A stretch of DNA of 63,932 nucleotides, filler included, from Octopus bimaculoides (taxonomy: Eukaryota), in NCBI RefSeq assembly GCF_001194135.2. It is 4 parts of 4 records of this genome, joined end to end, with 100 filler letters (N's around TTAATTAATTAA, not from the genome) between each part and the next. Parts side by side here need not be neighbours in the genome. Positions count along the whole stretch, not along the records: positions 1 to 29,363 come from NC_068981.1; positions 29,464 to 51,305 come from NC_068987.1; 2 more parts are not named here. One strand, 5' to 3'. The notes beneath the pieces were generated by a model that was given only the letters and a program-made list of their open reading frames with translations, had not been told where the DNA came from and ran no database searches. The position numbers and the translations under genes are program-made. This document shows positions 25,731 to 38,462 of the stretch, piece by piece. Position 1 is the stretch's first letter; each line of letters starts with the position of its first letter.

Positions 25731-28700
25731 GAAAGAGAAGTAGAAGGGTGAATTAAACAACGTAGATAAATTAGGTTGGGCCATATATAGCAAACCGGTT
25801 TATCTTGGAGTATGCTTGTGGTCGGTCAGTATAAACAGTTAAACTGTTATTGAAATTCGTCTGATGCGTAAAAATTTATTTGACCACCAGACGATATTCA
25901 CTAGTAACAACTGAAAATGAAAAAAAAAAAAGAAGAAAACTGTTGAATAGATAACTTGACAATTGCTCAGGAATCAAATAATGAGGATAGTTATGATGTT
26001 TGTGATGTGGGGAGGGGTAGTGTGGCCAGTGAGAAGTTAGCATAAATTACTCCCCTGCTAACAGACCTACTTTGTGACCTTAGAGTGTGTAAGTAGTTAA
26101 CTGAAATATAAAAAAGTCAGGAGTAACATAAAAGGTTTCCAGTGGGAATACATAGAAATAAGCGCAATTCTGTCTCATCCTAGAAATTTGTTCGGAACGT
26201 GTTGAGTCATGTGTGACATGCTTTGCCAAGACTGAAGATGTTTTTTACTCCAGGAATTCAATCCTTTCAAATATATCGTTCGAATTTAATTTTGCGATGA
26301 CTATCAACAAGGCATAAGACAATGCCAATGCATCAGATTTGCCGAAATCACGTTGAAGTCAATTTGTTTTTCTCATGGTCAATTATTTGGTAATTTTTCT
26401 TTTTCTCTGAATTTGAAAAGGAGAGATATTTCTTCCTTTCAGTTCCTGGCAGAAAAATTAAGAATATTATTTACCTTCAAGTATTGGGGTGAGACATTAA
26501 TTAGAAATAATAATTATTGGAAATAATAATCATTATGTTAAATCATTTAGAAAAATTATTTTGGCAAAATTATGTTTATCCGAAATAAAATGTAAGAGAA
26601 AAATTTTAGTATGTTTGTTTTGTTTTTTTTTTGTATATTTCTTAACTTGAACCATCTTATGAATTTATTGGATGCAACAATTCTGAGAGAATGAACATTC
26701 CTGGAGATTATCAGCAACTTACCGAAAACTGAATTCATAAGGTTTTATTTTACCTATCAGAAAATTCGGGTAAAACCAGGTAAATCAGCCGGTATAAATA
26801 TGTATATGTGTGTCTGTGTGTGTCATTCAATCATTTATTTGCAGCTATCATATAATTGATTGCATACAAGCAAGTGAATGGAATAGATAGAAAATGATGA
26901 GAAAGGAAGCAAGCTCATTCTCATCTGGTATATGCTCAATACTGTTAGTGATTTTCTGTCTCATCAGGATATACAATGCAAAAAAAAAAGAAAAAAAGAA
27001 AGAACCCGAGAAAGTAAGAAATCATTGATATAAAATGCAATTTTAAAAATATCTTTTAAAGATATAATCTAAAATACAAATACTTATTATTTCTTTTATC
27101 TTGCACATCACTTATTTTCATCTTTGTACATTGATATGAAAAATGCTTTAATACTAGTTTGTTTTTGAATTTTAAATGGAATTAGCGAAAATGATATCTC
27201 TACATAGTACATTGTTTACATTGATCTTTCTTCACTGACATTGTAGTTCTTGAAATGCGGTTTTGTAAACTTCGTGGTAATTGATTGCTATGAACGTAAG
27301 CTTATCATGTTCTCAAATGAAATTTTACTTTGAAGAAATTGTTAAATTCGTCTTACATAGTGAACAATCTTAATTATTCAAACGCAATGCTTTACCATCA
27401 TCATTGTTGTTTTGGTGTCAGTTTTAGAATTGTGCTAAAATTTCTATGGTTTAAATATGAATTTCCGAAATCAGTTAAATCTATGTAAATACAAAAGTAA
27501 ATGGATCTTCTGCTAGTGTTCTTGTGGTTCGAACAACAAAATATCTCTTCATTGAATCAAAAATAAGTGGCTTGTTCATTTAATGTAATCTTTGCAGGAT
27601 TTTCTCTTTGGATTTCCTAACAGTTTCCATCGATTCCATTCAACTAATTAACCCGAAGCTATAGTAAAATGGAATTTAACCGGCAATCTCATTAATGCCA
27701 AGCAAAGTTTTTAACAATTTATCCATACCTAGTTTCATTCATGGAACATCTGGAATACTCATTTTCAAACATAAAAAAGTTCATCTTTAAAACATATACA
27801 TATACACATGTATATGAAATACTAATTGAGTTTGGATGTGGAGTAATTGAAGAAAGTATAGTTATTAGTTTGGATTGTGCAAAACGGATTCATAATTTAA
27901 AGGAAGTAGGCATAGGGATTTCGACACATTGATATATTTTCAATTTCTGTGCAAGTATAGTTGGTTGAAATCAGTTTACTTCTCATTTTTTCATTAATGA
28001 AATGGATATATTTTTTCTTGTCTTTTTAAGAATATCAAATGAATAGAAATGACTGATGTGTGTCTTGTAATGGCTACCCACTCCCAAGAAAATGGGAAAT
28101 AGGCCTTGGTATATACAAAAAAAAAAACGAAGTTGCATTCAAACTCAAAAGAGAATTTAGATTTACAAATGCTAAGCAAATTATTTTACATTATCACGTT
28201 AGGAAACCTAACTCTTAACTTTTCTATTTCGGTGACGTTTACTATATCAAACGTAAATAGTGTTCACTATTTCAGACTCAGGAATGAGGTATCCTATTAT
28301 ATTAAAGTGTATATTGAGGGTTTCTCGCATAAAATTTAAACTTGTCAGCAAATAATGTTATTTTATTGAGAAATACGGTGGAGAAATACGTAAATTCTTG
28401 AAATTTAGAGACCATGATACGTTTGAATATACTATACTTGTAATTGTCTATCTGCTATAACACTGAAGATTTGTACCAAGCTGAAGAAAATATAATTGTA
28501 AATGTTATGTTGTAGATAATGTATAAGATCTCTCACTTCGTTTCAAGCCGAATTTAGTTAATAACAGAAACTACGTAGATGAGTATATTTGTATAACAGT
28601 TTCTGCGTTTCATTCGCCATTTCATGTGTAAGCAGCTTATATATATTGATATATCTCTATATGTGTATGTGTATGGGCAGAAGATAAAGAAGTCATTTAA

Positions 28701-29039
28701 GTTCTGTCTTATAACTTGCAATAAGTAAGTTTGTAGCCATCTGAGATTGATTATCGAATGTAAAGAGAGCGTGCGTATATTTGCCAATAGTTGTAATCCA
28801 CAATGCAGAGATTAGAAAGACATAATGGAAATACTGACCATTATTTATTCCATACCATGATGCGGAGCTCAATTTTTAACGATGAATGCAATTTGATGTT
28901 GATATAATTCATGAAATATGATAATTCATGCACAAACGTGTCTACTATGTGGATATGTCAAAATTCGCAGACTGTTTAATAAAAGAATTCATATATATGG
29001 AAATTACTATCTATTGTGAAATATATATATATATAAAGT

Positions 29040-29250
29040 GTAGTATATTGCCACTTAAGTGTGGCTGACCCCTAGGGGTGGATGTTACTGTTGCTTTTAG
29101 CCCCAGGAGGACATCTCCTCCAGCTGGCTTATCGACACACGACTGTGTCCTGTTTGCCAAGGGAAGTTATCCCTCTCACCACGATCTGCAGCACGAACGG
29201 ATCCGGATTTCAGGGTTATTTCCCTTCGTCGGCGTTAGATAGCTACTGAC
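29040..29250 (-). mobile_element. Hammerhead-bearing repeat, same family as the arms of 37912-38462
   Basis: Shares tttagcccca(g/a)gag...ctccagctggct and the AGGG-AAATAA-CCC(T/A)-GAAA hammerhead block. Confidence 0.7.
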
Positions 29251-29462
29251 CTTGGTGAGAGAGACAAAAACCTGGCAATCTTATATCTACTTTTCCAGTG
29301 AAATTCTTCACTGATATCGAAAAGGTGAAAACAAGCAATGTTAATTCTCTAAATGAAGTATTANNNNNNNNNNNNNNNNNNNNNNNNNNNNNNNNNNNNN
29401 NNNNNNNTTAATTAATTAANNNNNNNNNNNNNNNNNNNNNNNNNNNNNNNNNNNNNNNNNNN

Positions 29463-29463
29463 N

Positions 29464-29522
<59 letters not shown>

Positions 29523-29764
29523 AAGAGAGAGAGGAAGAGAGAGAGAGGAAGAGAGAGAGAGGAAGAGAGAGAGAAAGAGAGACAGAGAAAGAGAGGAAGA
29601 GAGATAGAGAGAGAAAGAGAGAGGAAGAGAGACAGAGAAAGAGAGAGGAAGAGAGATAGAGAGAGAAAGAGAGAGGAAGAGAGAGGAAGAGAGAGAGAGA
29701 GGAAGAGGAAGAGAGAGAGAGAGGAAGAGAGAGAGAGAGGAAGAGAGAGAGAGAGGAAGAGAGA
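29463..29764 (+). repeat. (GA)n-derived complex purine satellite
   Basis: Direct read. Confidence 0.95.
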
Positions 29765-30084
29765 CTGCGTGAGTGAGTGGGAGAGGAAGAGTTTAGTATA
29801 AAGGAAGATCTAGAGAAGAGAGAAAGAGAGAGGAGAAAATGTAAAGGTGTATAGAATAAAAGAAGGGCAGGAGAATGAATGATTGAATGAGTGAGTGAGT
29901 GAATGAGTGTGAGAGAGAGAGAGAGAGAGAGAGAGACGCATGAATGGAGGTGTGTGTGAACTTAAAAAGAAGAAACGTGAAAGGAATAGTGGTAAGGGGA
30001 GCAAGTCAAAGTTTACGCGAGAATTCGTGGGGGTGGTGCGGAAGATTTGAAAGCAGGAAAGAAGTAGAAAATGCAGAGAGAGAG

Positions 30085-30135
<51 letters not shown>

Positions 30136-30509
30136 CTGACTGGGCTAGTGAGGGTAAAGGTTAATAAGGGAAAACAAGACAAACAGAAACGGGGGTAAGA
30201 AGTAGAAAGCAGAAAAGAAAAGGTGAAGAAACGGAGGAGTAAATGTGAGAAGACAAGACAAGAAAAGTGAGAGGTAGACAAAGAAAAGAGAGAAAAACAG
30301 AAAAGAACAAAAAGAAAGAGAGAGAGAGAGAGAGATGTAAACAGGAAAACAGAAAGTTAAACATGAATAAGAAAGACAGAGGGAGAAGAAAAAATATATG
30401 TAATGGGTATAGAGCCGTCTAAAACTCCATAAATCACAAAATAATGCACCCGTACATTTGTCAACAGAGTGAGTAATATTAATCGAAATGTATAGTATTG
30501 TAGTTGAAA

Positions 30510-30660
30510 TTTACAGAAAAACAAAAGACGAAGACAGATGTATAAACAACAAGCAGGTATATTAGTTTCACGCTCGGGAAGTGAGAAAGTGTTTTGGGTT
30601 TCGAGCCTACGCTCTTCAGCAGAAAGGAACACGAGGAAATAAACAGAGAGAGAATTATAT
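30510..30660 (-). mobile_element. Penelope-like terminal repeat fragment with degenerate hammerhead
   Basis: Reverse complement CTGCTGA-A-GAGC-GTAG-GCTC-GAAA; homologous to 3361-3505. Confidence 0.6.
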
Positions 30661-30798
30661 CCATTACGGCCGATTTTACCAATCGGTTTCTTGCTAGGGA
30701 TTCAACCGCATGTAAGATGACAGCTTGATTATATAATCCTGCGCTCATCAAAATTTTCAGTTATGGGAGAAGATATGGTGACTGCTTTATATATGCGT

Positions 30799-30884
30799 GT
30801 ATGTATGTATGTATGTATGTATGCATGTATGTATGTATGTATGTATGTATGTATGTATGTATGTATGTATGTATGTATGTATGT
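30799..30884 (+). repeat. (TATG)n microsatellite
   Basis: Direct read. Confidence 0.97.
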
Positions 30885-31266
30885 ACTGTGAGCAAGGTCG
30901 AGTAGCTGCCATCTGTAGCTGGTGATAGTCCTGTTCTGAGGAAGAGAAATAATCCAGAAATCATTGGTCTACAGGTATCACTAAGGCTACAAAGGGAGCA
31001 ATAGACTCCCTTGCTTATGGTATACAAACACAGAACATGCGTCGGTAGCCAGCTGGAAAAGATGTTTTCCTGGGGAATTTTCAATGGCCGGATAACTGAA
31101 GAGATGTTGGCGTGGGTTCCCACCCCGCCATCCGAAACTCGGAGTTTTATCATGGCTACCGAATAAGTGTCACATATATTTTACAGATAAATTCCTCTAT
31201 TTACCTAATATCGAGGTCTCTTTCTTTCTTTTGTTGTCCTTTCTATCAATATATATATATATATAT

Positions 31267-31347
31267 AGGCGCAGATGTGGGTGTATGGTAAGAACCTTAC
31301 TTCCCAACAACATGGTTCCGGGTTCAATCCCATTGTGTGGTACCTTG
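31267..31347 (+). mobile_element. tRNA-derived SINE head, family C, cut by gap
   Basis: aggcgcag.tgtgggtgtatggtaag (A-box-like) and ggttcaatccc (B-box). Confidence 0.7.
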
Positions 31348-32318
31348 NNNNNNNNNNNNNNNNNNNNNNNNNNNNNNNNNNNNNNNNNNNNNNNNNNNNN
31401 NNNNNNNNNNNNNNNNNNNNNNNNNNNNNNNNNNNNNNNNNNNNNNNNNNNNNNNNNNNNNNNNNNNNNNNNNNNNNNNNNNNNNNNNNNNNNNNNNNNN
31501 NNNNNNNNNNNNNNNNNNNNNNNNNNNNNNNNNNNNNNNNNNNNNNNNNNNNNNNNNNNNNNNNNNNNNNNNNNNNNNNNNNNNNNNNNNNNNNNNNNNN
31601 NNNNNNNNNNNNNNNNNNNNNNNNNNNNNNNNNNNNNNNNNNNNNNNNNNNNNNNNNNNNNNNNNNNNNNNNNNNNNNNNNNNNNNNNNNNNNNNNNNNN
31701 NNNNNNNNNNNNNNNNNNNNNNNNNNNNNNNNNNNNNNNNNNNNNNNNNNNNNNNNNNNNNNNNNNNNNNNNNNNNNNNNNNNNNNNNNNNNNNNNNNNN
31801 NNNNNNNNNNNNNNNNNNNNNNNNNNNNNNNNNNNNNNNNNNNNNNNNNNNNNNNNNNNNNNNNNNNNNNNNNNNNNNNNNNNNNNNNNNNNNNNNNNNN
31901 NNNNNNNNNNNNNNNNNNNNNNNNNNNNNNNNNNNNNNNNNNNNNNNNNNNNNNNNNNNNNNNNNNNNNNNNNNNNNNNNNNNNNNNNNNNNNNNNNNNN
32001 NNNNNNNNNNNNNNNNNNNNNNNNNNNNNNNNNNNNNNNNNNNNNNNNNNNNNNNNNNNNNNNNNNNNNNNNNNNNNNNNNNNNNNNNNNNNNNNNNNNN
32101 NNNNNNNNNNNNNNNNNNNNNNNNNNNNNNNNNNNNNNNNNNNNNNNNNNNNNNNNNNNNNNNNNNNNNNNNNNNNNNNNNNNNNNNNNNNNNNNNNNNN
32201 NNNNNNNNNNNNNNNNNNNNNNNNNNNNNNNNNNNNNNNNNNNNNNNNNNNNNNNNNNNNNNNNNNNNNNNNNNNNNNNNNNNNNNNNNNNNNNNNNNCT
32301 GTCTCGAAAGTAATGACA

Positions 32319-32785
32319 ACCTTTGAGAAAGAGGGAAAAACCTCCTCGTCGAAACAAAACTCCGGAAGAAAACCAAAACTTTCAGATAAGGACCGTCGAA
32401 CTCTTACGCAAATTGTTAGAAAGGATCACAAAAGTACAGCTCCCAAAATTACTGCAGAACTTAATGACCACCTTGAGAACCCAGTTTCCACAAAAACTGT
32501 TCGCCGGGAGCTGCACAAAGCCGGATTTCACGGGAGGGCTGCAATCAGAAAATCACTACTTTCAAAAACAAACGTTGCAAAGCGTTTAGAGTGTAGTAAA
32601 AACCTACAGAATTGGTCCCTAGAACAGTGGATGAATGTTATTATCTCGGACGAGTTATCCTTTACCTTATTTCCGACCACCGGCTGAGTATACGTGTGGG
32701 GGCAGCCCAAAAAAAGCATTTGAGCCAGACTGCCTTCTTCCAACTGTTAAACATGGAGGAGGATCTGTAATGATCTGGGCAGGGG
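32319..32785 (+). pseudogene. Tc1-family transposase fragment
   Basis: SGRKPKLSDKDRRTL...TVRRELHKAGFHGRAAIRK.LL...W.NVI.SDE.SF...TVKHGGGSVMIW. Confidence 0.92.
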
Positions 32786-33329
32786 ACTATATCTTGGACA
32801 TCTGTGTGTTCGTGTCGCTCCAATCCTCCATTCATGCTCTCAGTTATCGTAAGTCGAACTTTTTTACTTGATTGACCTCTGTTGAATCACCTCTTACAAC
32901 AGTTTTCCTCTCCCGTCTAAAGGTTACCTCTACGTCCTCTTCGGTCCACTCAACGTCGCTCCCTTTCTCTCTGTGTCTTCGCTTGATGTGGCCCCCATCA
33001 TGCCATGCCGTCTATATCGCTTTTTCAATGGTTGCGTCATTTCAAATCCAACTGTAAGCTACGTGTTTTTATTTTGATGAAGACAGTGGTTTTCCTTCGT
33101 GGCAAAATTAATAGTCAAGACAATGCCACTGACCCGATGAAAAAATTAACGGCCAATAGCGTGTTAGAATTCCAAGTATGAAATGCATACATCCTGTCTG
33201 AACCAGTTTCTCCAACAACATTGTGATATATCTTTACAGTTGAGCAAGTAACTAGTAAGAAAGGAGTTTGAGGATATGCCTAGCAACTCTTGATTAATAA
33301 ACTTGTAATATCAGGGGTGCAGTGACATA

Positions 33330-33910
33330 GGAGGAACCTGGTCACATTGTGGTTGGATTACATCTTGTAACATTCGACTCTGTATCCTACTCGTGTCTGT
33401 TAGAGTCCCTTCGACTTTCTACAAATCCAGATACCATTATCAAGGCCATAGACGACATGACTTCATCACAGGCCACCATGTGAAATAGAGGAAAGGATAC
33501 AGTATCCTCAAAGTATGATTTAAGATGACAGTCTTTTTTGTGACGCTGTTTATACTTTCAGTAAAGCTCGTGTGTGTTGTTAAGGACAACCGAATAATAT
33601 GCGACTGGACCACAGGAAGACAGAAACACCAATTTAACACATCACTTCTTGGTGGATGACCTGGTAATATAATACTGAGATAAAGAAAATATAATCCTCG
33701 GGATTTTCTGCATGCAATAAATCAACAGCTCAGAATATGCTTATCGTACCAGTGCTCATCCTATAACTATTGGAAAGCTTGGCTATGTGACTAACTACTT
33801 GAGCACCAATCCTGAGAAGCTGGGATTCACAAAACAGAAAGGAACACGTTTAATCAGGAAATTACGAGAAGCTGTTAATGATACTATCATAAAATGTATA
33901 CATTCATGAA
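33330..33910 (+). pseudogene. Internally deleted RLE-type (R4/NeSL-like) LINE remnant: RT motifs plus C-terminal tail
   Basis: TFDSVSYSCLLESLRL, NLTHHFLVDDLVI, TIGKLGYV...LGFTKQKGTRLIRKL (similar to the tail at 59718-59900). Confidence 0.65.
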
Positions 33911-34149
33911 GTTCAGTATGTTAGCTACGATAGTGATTTCCATGGCAAACTGGCAAAAATAATTCGAGATTACAGTTTCATCTGTTTGGATGAAGTATCA
34001 CCAAATACGTGTGGGTGGTTGTTGATCACATATTTTGAGATCGTTTAGCGAATTGGTGGAAATATCACGATGTTTCTCTTCAATTTTCGACTAACACTTG
34101 CCATCTCAAGGAAAGCTGATGGAATTGCCTTCATGAACACAGACAAGGC

Positions 34150-34830
34150 TAGTCTTCATTTAAGATTAGACTGACAACATTGAAACTTAACATAAATCGA
34201 TAGGAACACGACTGGGCTGATTTTTCTGCTTTGGATTAGTGAACGGAGGCAATAACTAAACTCTCATGGAAAGATTGAACTTCCAAATTGTGTCAAAGTT
34301 GTATCGAATAAAACCAAAATGATAAATCAAGATTTTGGCAGCCTATTGGATCCTTCAGATTTCACAAACCGGGCAATTTTCTCCCACAAATAATGTTAAC
34401 TCTATAAATGAAGAAATTTCCAATATATCTAATAAAGAAATAATCCCTTCAAAAGTATTGATTTCTGCGATGTTGCAGATAATCTGCCAAATAATCTAAT
34501 GGAGATCCTAGATAGCTTTAACTTCAAATGAGTGATCCCCCACCCCACCCTCACCACTGATATTTTGAACGAGAAAAGGGATGAGTCGTATTGCAAAATT
34601 TAAATACAACTAACGGGGGTTTGCAATAGAGCAAGTATTCAAATGAGGCATTTACATGAACATATAAATGAAGGTGATATTGTTACGGAAGGTGAACATT
34701 ATAGAAAATGTCATTGTGCCAAAAATTAAACAGAGACCTGGCATCACTCTACCATTCTCCATTATACAATTTTAGCACAATAACAGTCAATAAATCTCAA
34801 TGCTAACCGTTGAATAAAACAGAGCTCTTT
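34150..34830 (+). pseudogene. Helitron RepHel PIF1-helicase remnant
   Basis: Fragments across frames: DFTNRAI, NSINEEI, EILDS, NLNTTNG.CN.A, PKIK, LPFS, TVNKSQ. Confidence 0.7.
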
Positions 34831-35730
34831 TCCCCCAACAGGTTGCTATGTACGTGGACATTTCTCTGTATGTATCTCTGTCAAGAACCAAACTAAGCGC
34901 TGCATGTATTATCACGAAGTTGAAAATGTCCTCATCGACATTGTGCGCTCTGATGTTTTCCAGTGTTGATACTTTCTACTTGATTATAATATCATCTAGA
35001 TACTCAAGTCAGATAAATTTTTATATATCTTTATTTAACTTTTAACTCGTTTTCTTTTTTTAATCGTTCATCATTTATCATCATCATCGATAGAAACAGA
35101 AACAACAATGATAACGACTACTGCCACGGAAAGAGAGAGAGCGGGCATACTCGTACACACTGAGATAAATATATGCATATAAAGATATTTGCACACTTAG
35201 CTAAATTTTCACCTATACATCCATCCAACCACCCATCCATCCATACATCCATACATCCAACCACCCATCCATTCATCCATCCATCCATCCATCCATACAT
35301 ACATACATACATAGTACATATGTACTTAGATTACATACACACATAATGGGAAAGAGATAGAGAGATTGAGGGCGAGAGAGACAAAGAAAGAGAAAAAGAA
35401 ACAGAGAGAGAGAGAGAGAGAGAAAGGAAGGAAGAAAGAAATAAAGCGAAGCCATTCTTGAACAAATTCCTTATATCAAGTTACATTACTTAACTCTCTT
35501 ATCTTCAAGGATCACTTGGAACCAATCTATGGTATCTCACACACACAAGCACACGCATCCATAGATACACACACACACACACAATGCAAGAAACATACAT
35601 AAATGACATTAAGCATACATACACCTTCAAGTATATAAAACAACGCTACCTCACATGCAATACTTAAGCAGGCGCACGAAAAAAAAATCCATGACATACA
35701 CATAGTGGTAGACGCATAGAATAATATAAT

Positions 35731-35943
35731 TTGCTACAGTAGGAACAAGAGCTGAAATTTGGGGAAAGGGGATTAGTCGATTACATCGACAACAGTGCAC
35801 AACTAGTACTTATTTCATCGATCCCGAAAGGATGAAAAGCAAAGTCGACCTCGGCGGAATTTGAACTCAAAACGTAAAGTCAGACGAAATATTGTTAAGC
35901 ATTCTGCCCACCCTGCTAACAGTTCTGCTAGCTCACCGCCTTA
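35731..35943 (-). mobile_element. tRNA-derived SINE, family B
   Basis: Full head-to-tail similarity to 54342-54540. Confidence 0.85.
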
Positions 35944-36100
35944 CGCGCATACAATAATATAAACAATTAAATATGTGTGTAGGTGCGTGCCTGTACACAC
36001 ACATATAGACACATACAGAAATATGTACACATATACAAGGGTAATACCGAAATCAATGCAAAAGTGGGTATAACTTAATTTTTTTTTTATTAAATGACAT

Positions 36101-36455
36101 GTTGTTGTTGTTGTTGGCACTCCGTCGCTTACGACGTCGCGGGTTCCAGTTGATCCGATCAACGGAACAGCCTGCTCGTGAAATTAACGTGCAAGTGGCT
36201 GAGCACTCCACAGACAGGTGTACCCTTAACGTAGTTCTCGGGGATATTCAGCGTGACACAGTGTGACAAGGCTAGCCCTTTGAAATACAGGTACAACAGA
36301 AACAGGAAGAAAGAGTGAGAGAAAGTTATGGTGAAAGAGTACAGCAGGGTTCGCCACCATCCCCTACCGGAGCCTCGTGGAGCTTTAGATGTTTTCGCTC
36401 AATAAACACTCACAATGTCCGGTCTGGGAATCGAAACCGCAATCCTATGACCGCG
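36101..36455 (-). mobile_element. tRNA-derived SINE, family A with (CAA)n tail; head lost in gap
   Basis: Near-identical to 45727-46181 and 55738-56311. Confidence 0.9.
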
Positions 36456-36901
36456 NNNNNNNNNNNNNNNNNNNNNNNNNNNNNNNNNNNNNNNNNNNNN
36501 NNNNNNNNNNNNNNNNNNNNNNNNNNNNNNNNNNNNNNNNNNNNNNNNNNNNNNNNNNNNNNNNNNNNNNNNNNNNNNNNNNNNNNNNNNNNNNNNNNNN
36601 NNNNNNNNNNNNNNNNNNNNNNNNNNNNNNNNNNNNNNNNNNNNNNNNNNNNNNNNNNNNNNNNNNNNNNNNNNNNNNNNNNNNNNNNNNNNNNNNNNNN
36701 NNNNNNNNNNNNNNNNNNNNNNNNNNNNNNNNNNNNNNNNNNNNNNNNNNNNNNNNNNNNNNNNNNNNNNNNNNNNNNNNNNNNNNNNNNNNNNNNNNNN
36801 NNNNNNNNNNNNNNNNNNNNNNNNNNNNNNNNNNNNNNNNNNNNNNNNNNNNNNNNNNNNNNNNNNNNNNNNNNNNNNNNNNNNNNNNNNNNNNNNNNNN
36901 N

Positions 36902-37253
36902 CCCTAACTCTAGAATCCGAACTCTAAAATTGTTACACACATAGATACGCACAGCGTAATTTATTATATAAACAATATATGCGTATAAATTACGATTAAA
37001 CCGGATGAAATATGTCACAGGGAATAACATTTTTATGACCGCCCAGCAGTAACTCTATTCAGCTGAACAGACGTCAGTGATTGGTTGAAATTACAGAAAT
37101 GGAATAACTTGCGATGTACGTTTTTTTGTTAAGAAGACTAAGAGTAAAAGATGTTTTATATGACACATTCTACCAGTGTCCCAAGTTTCAAAGTGTTTCG
37201 TTAGTGTTTCGTTAAGAAAATACTGGTGCCCCCGTTTTGAAATAGATCCGAAT
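36902..37253 (+). mobile_element. Copy of the CCCTAA-containing non-autonomous element
   Basis: Starts ccctaactctag after the gap; shared body and agatccgaat end. Confidence 0.7.
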
Positions 37254-37269
37254 AACTTCCTCCACACGA

Positions 37270-37690
37270 AGGTACAACTCACAAGTGATGCGCCGTCGTT
37301 GAACTTTGCTCTCGAATCCTCTTTGAAAAAAATTATCAAGGGAGCACTGTTGTGCCCACTTCTTCATTGTCCTCGAAGGTTATCCTTCACTGGACCGAAG
37401 AGGTACACTGGACAGGGGGCCAATGAGTAACACAATTTGCCAATTGCCTGACTAGTTGCCAAAGATGTGCATCATCATACATTGTCATTGTCAATGTGGA
37501 AGGTTTTAAGATTCTTGCTTCTTCTTCTCCTTTTGGTTTCTCTAAACTTTTTTGAGAATTTTAATGTACGCCTCGCTTTTCACAATATGTCCACGTTCCA
37601 TAAGGTTATTTCGAAGGTTGTTGCAATTGATGTTGTTACAGATTTTGTTGTCGTGAAGATTGTCACTTGCGATAATATTAAACCCTTGTA
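37270..37690 (-). pseudogene. mariner transposase C-terminal remnant
   Basis: Minus strand ERGHIVKSEAYIKILKK...YLFGPVKDNLRG...DNEEV...FFKE. Confidence 0.7.
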
Positions 37691-37911
37691 CTTTATGATC
37701 GATTAGAAAGGTATTCAAAAGATTATATTCACTTACGACTGTATAATGCGTACATCTAATTTTTAATCAATTTCAGTTTCAGAATTAGTTATTTCCCTTC
37801 TGTTTCTTTTTTTTTTCTTTTTCTTTTTTCCCCCAACCCCTTACAGGTTCAAATTTAATTAGAAAATTACTATTTCTAAATCTCATAACGTGAGATATTC
37901 AACAACAGCAC

Positions 37912-38462
37912 TTTGTAGTAAAGATTGTTTGCCAACATAACATGCAGTCCTGGTTTAAGACTAATGTTGCTGTAATTTAGCCCCAAGAGACACTGTCTCC
38001 AGCTGGCTATACGATATGATCTATGTCCTTATATTTTCGAACAAGGGAATCTAGCTCCCCCACTCAGCTCAAAACAATATCTGTGTATCACGATTTCTGG
38101 GTTATTTCTCTTCATCAGAACAGAATAATTGTTGTGAGATTTAGAAATCGTAATTTTCTAATTTATAAATCAGTGACTAGTTGTCACTTTAAAAACTATA
38201 TATTTCGGACGGGTATTTGGCAGCGCCACCTCTATCGGAACAATTATTCTGTGCTGATGAAGGGAAATAACCCAGAAATCGCGATACACAGATATTGTTT
38301 TGAGCTGAGTTGGGGTGCTAGATTCCCTTGTTCGAAAATATAAGGACACAGATCGTGTCGTATAGCCAGCTGGAGACGATGTCTCCTGGGGCTAAATTAC
38401 AGCAATATTTATTCCTAAACCAGGACTGCCATGTTATGTTGGCAAACAATCCTTACTTCAAA
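37912..38462. mobile_element. Fold-back (inverted) pair of hammerhead-bearing repeats: arms 37912-38133 and 38239-38462, 105-bp spacer
   Basis: By-eye alignment gives about 18 differences over ~224 bp (~90% identity). Confidence 0.9.
38248..38292 (+). ncRNA. Minimal type I hammerhead ribozyme motif
   Basis: Stem I TCTGTG/CACAGA; core CTGATGA; stem II (A)GGG-AAATAA-CCC(A); GAAA; palindromic stem III ATCGCGAT; predicted cleavage after AUA at 38286. Confidence 0.7.

Noticed and set aside
29408-29419. TTAATTAATTAA islands between N runs (also ~51350-51362 and 60393-60404)
   Set aside because: An identical 12-mer with stops in all six frames, always inside gaps: a scaffolding spacer, not biology.
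31197-32687. Long ORFs (329-470 aa) in the track, and similar ones at 24417-25137, 36315-37030, 48079-49504, 55822-56187, 62376-62924
   Set aside because: They run through N gaps or microsatellites; only the Tc1 and RLE fragments inside them are real coding remnants.
38218-38238. CAGCGCCACCTCTATCGG, a CTCF-like motif in the fold-back spacer
   Set aside because: Only a partial match to the consensus; cannot be supported from sequence alone.
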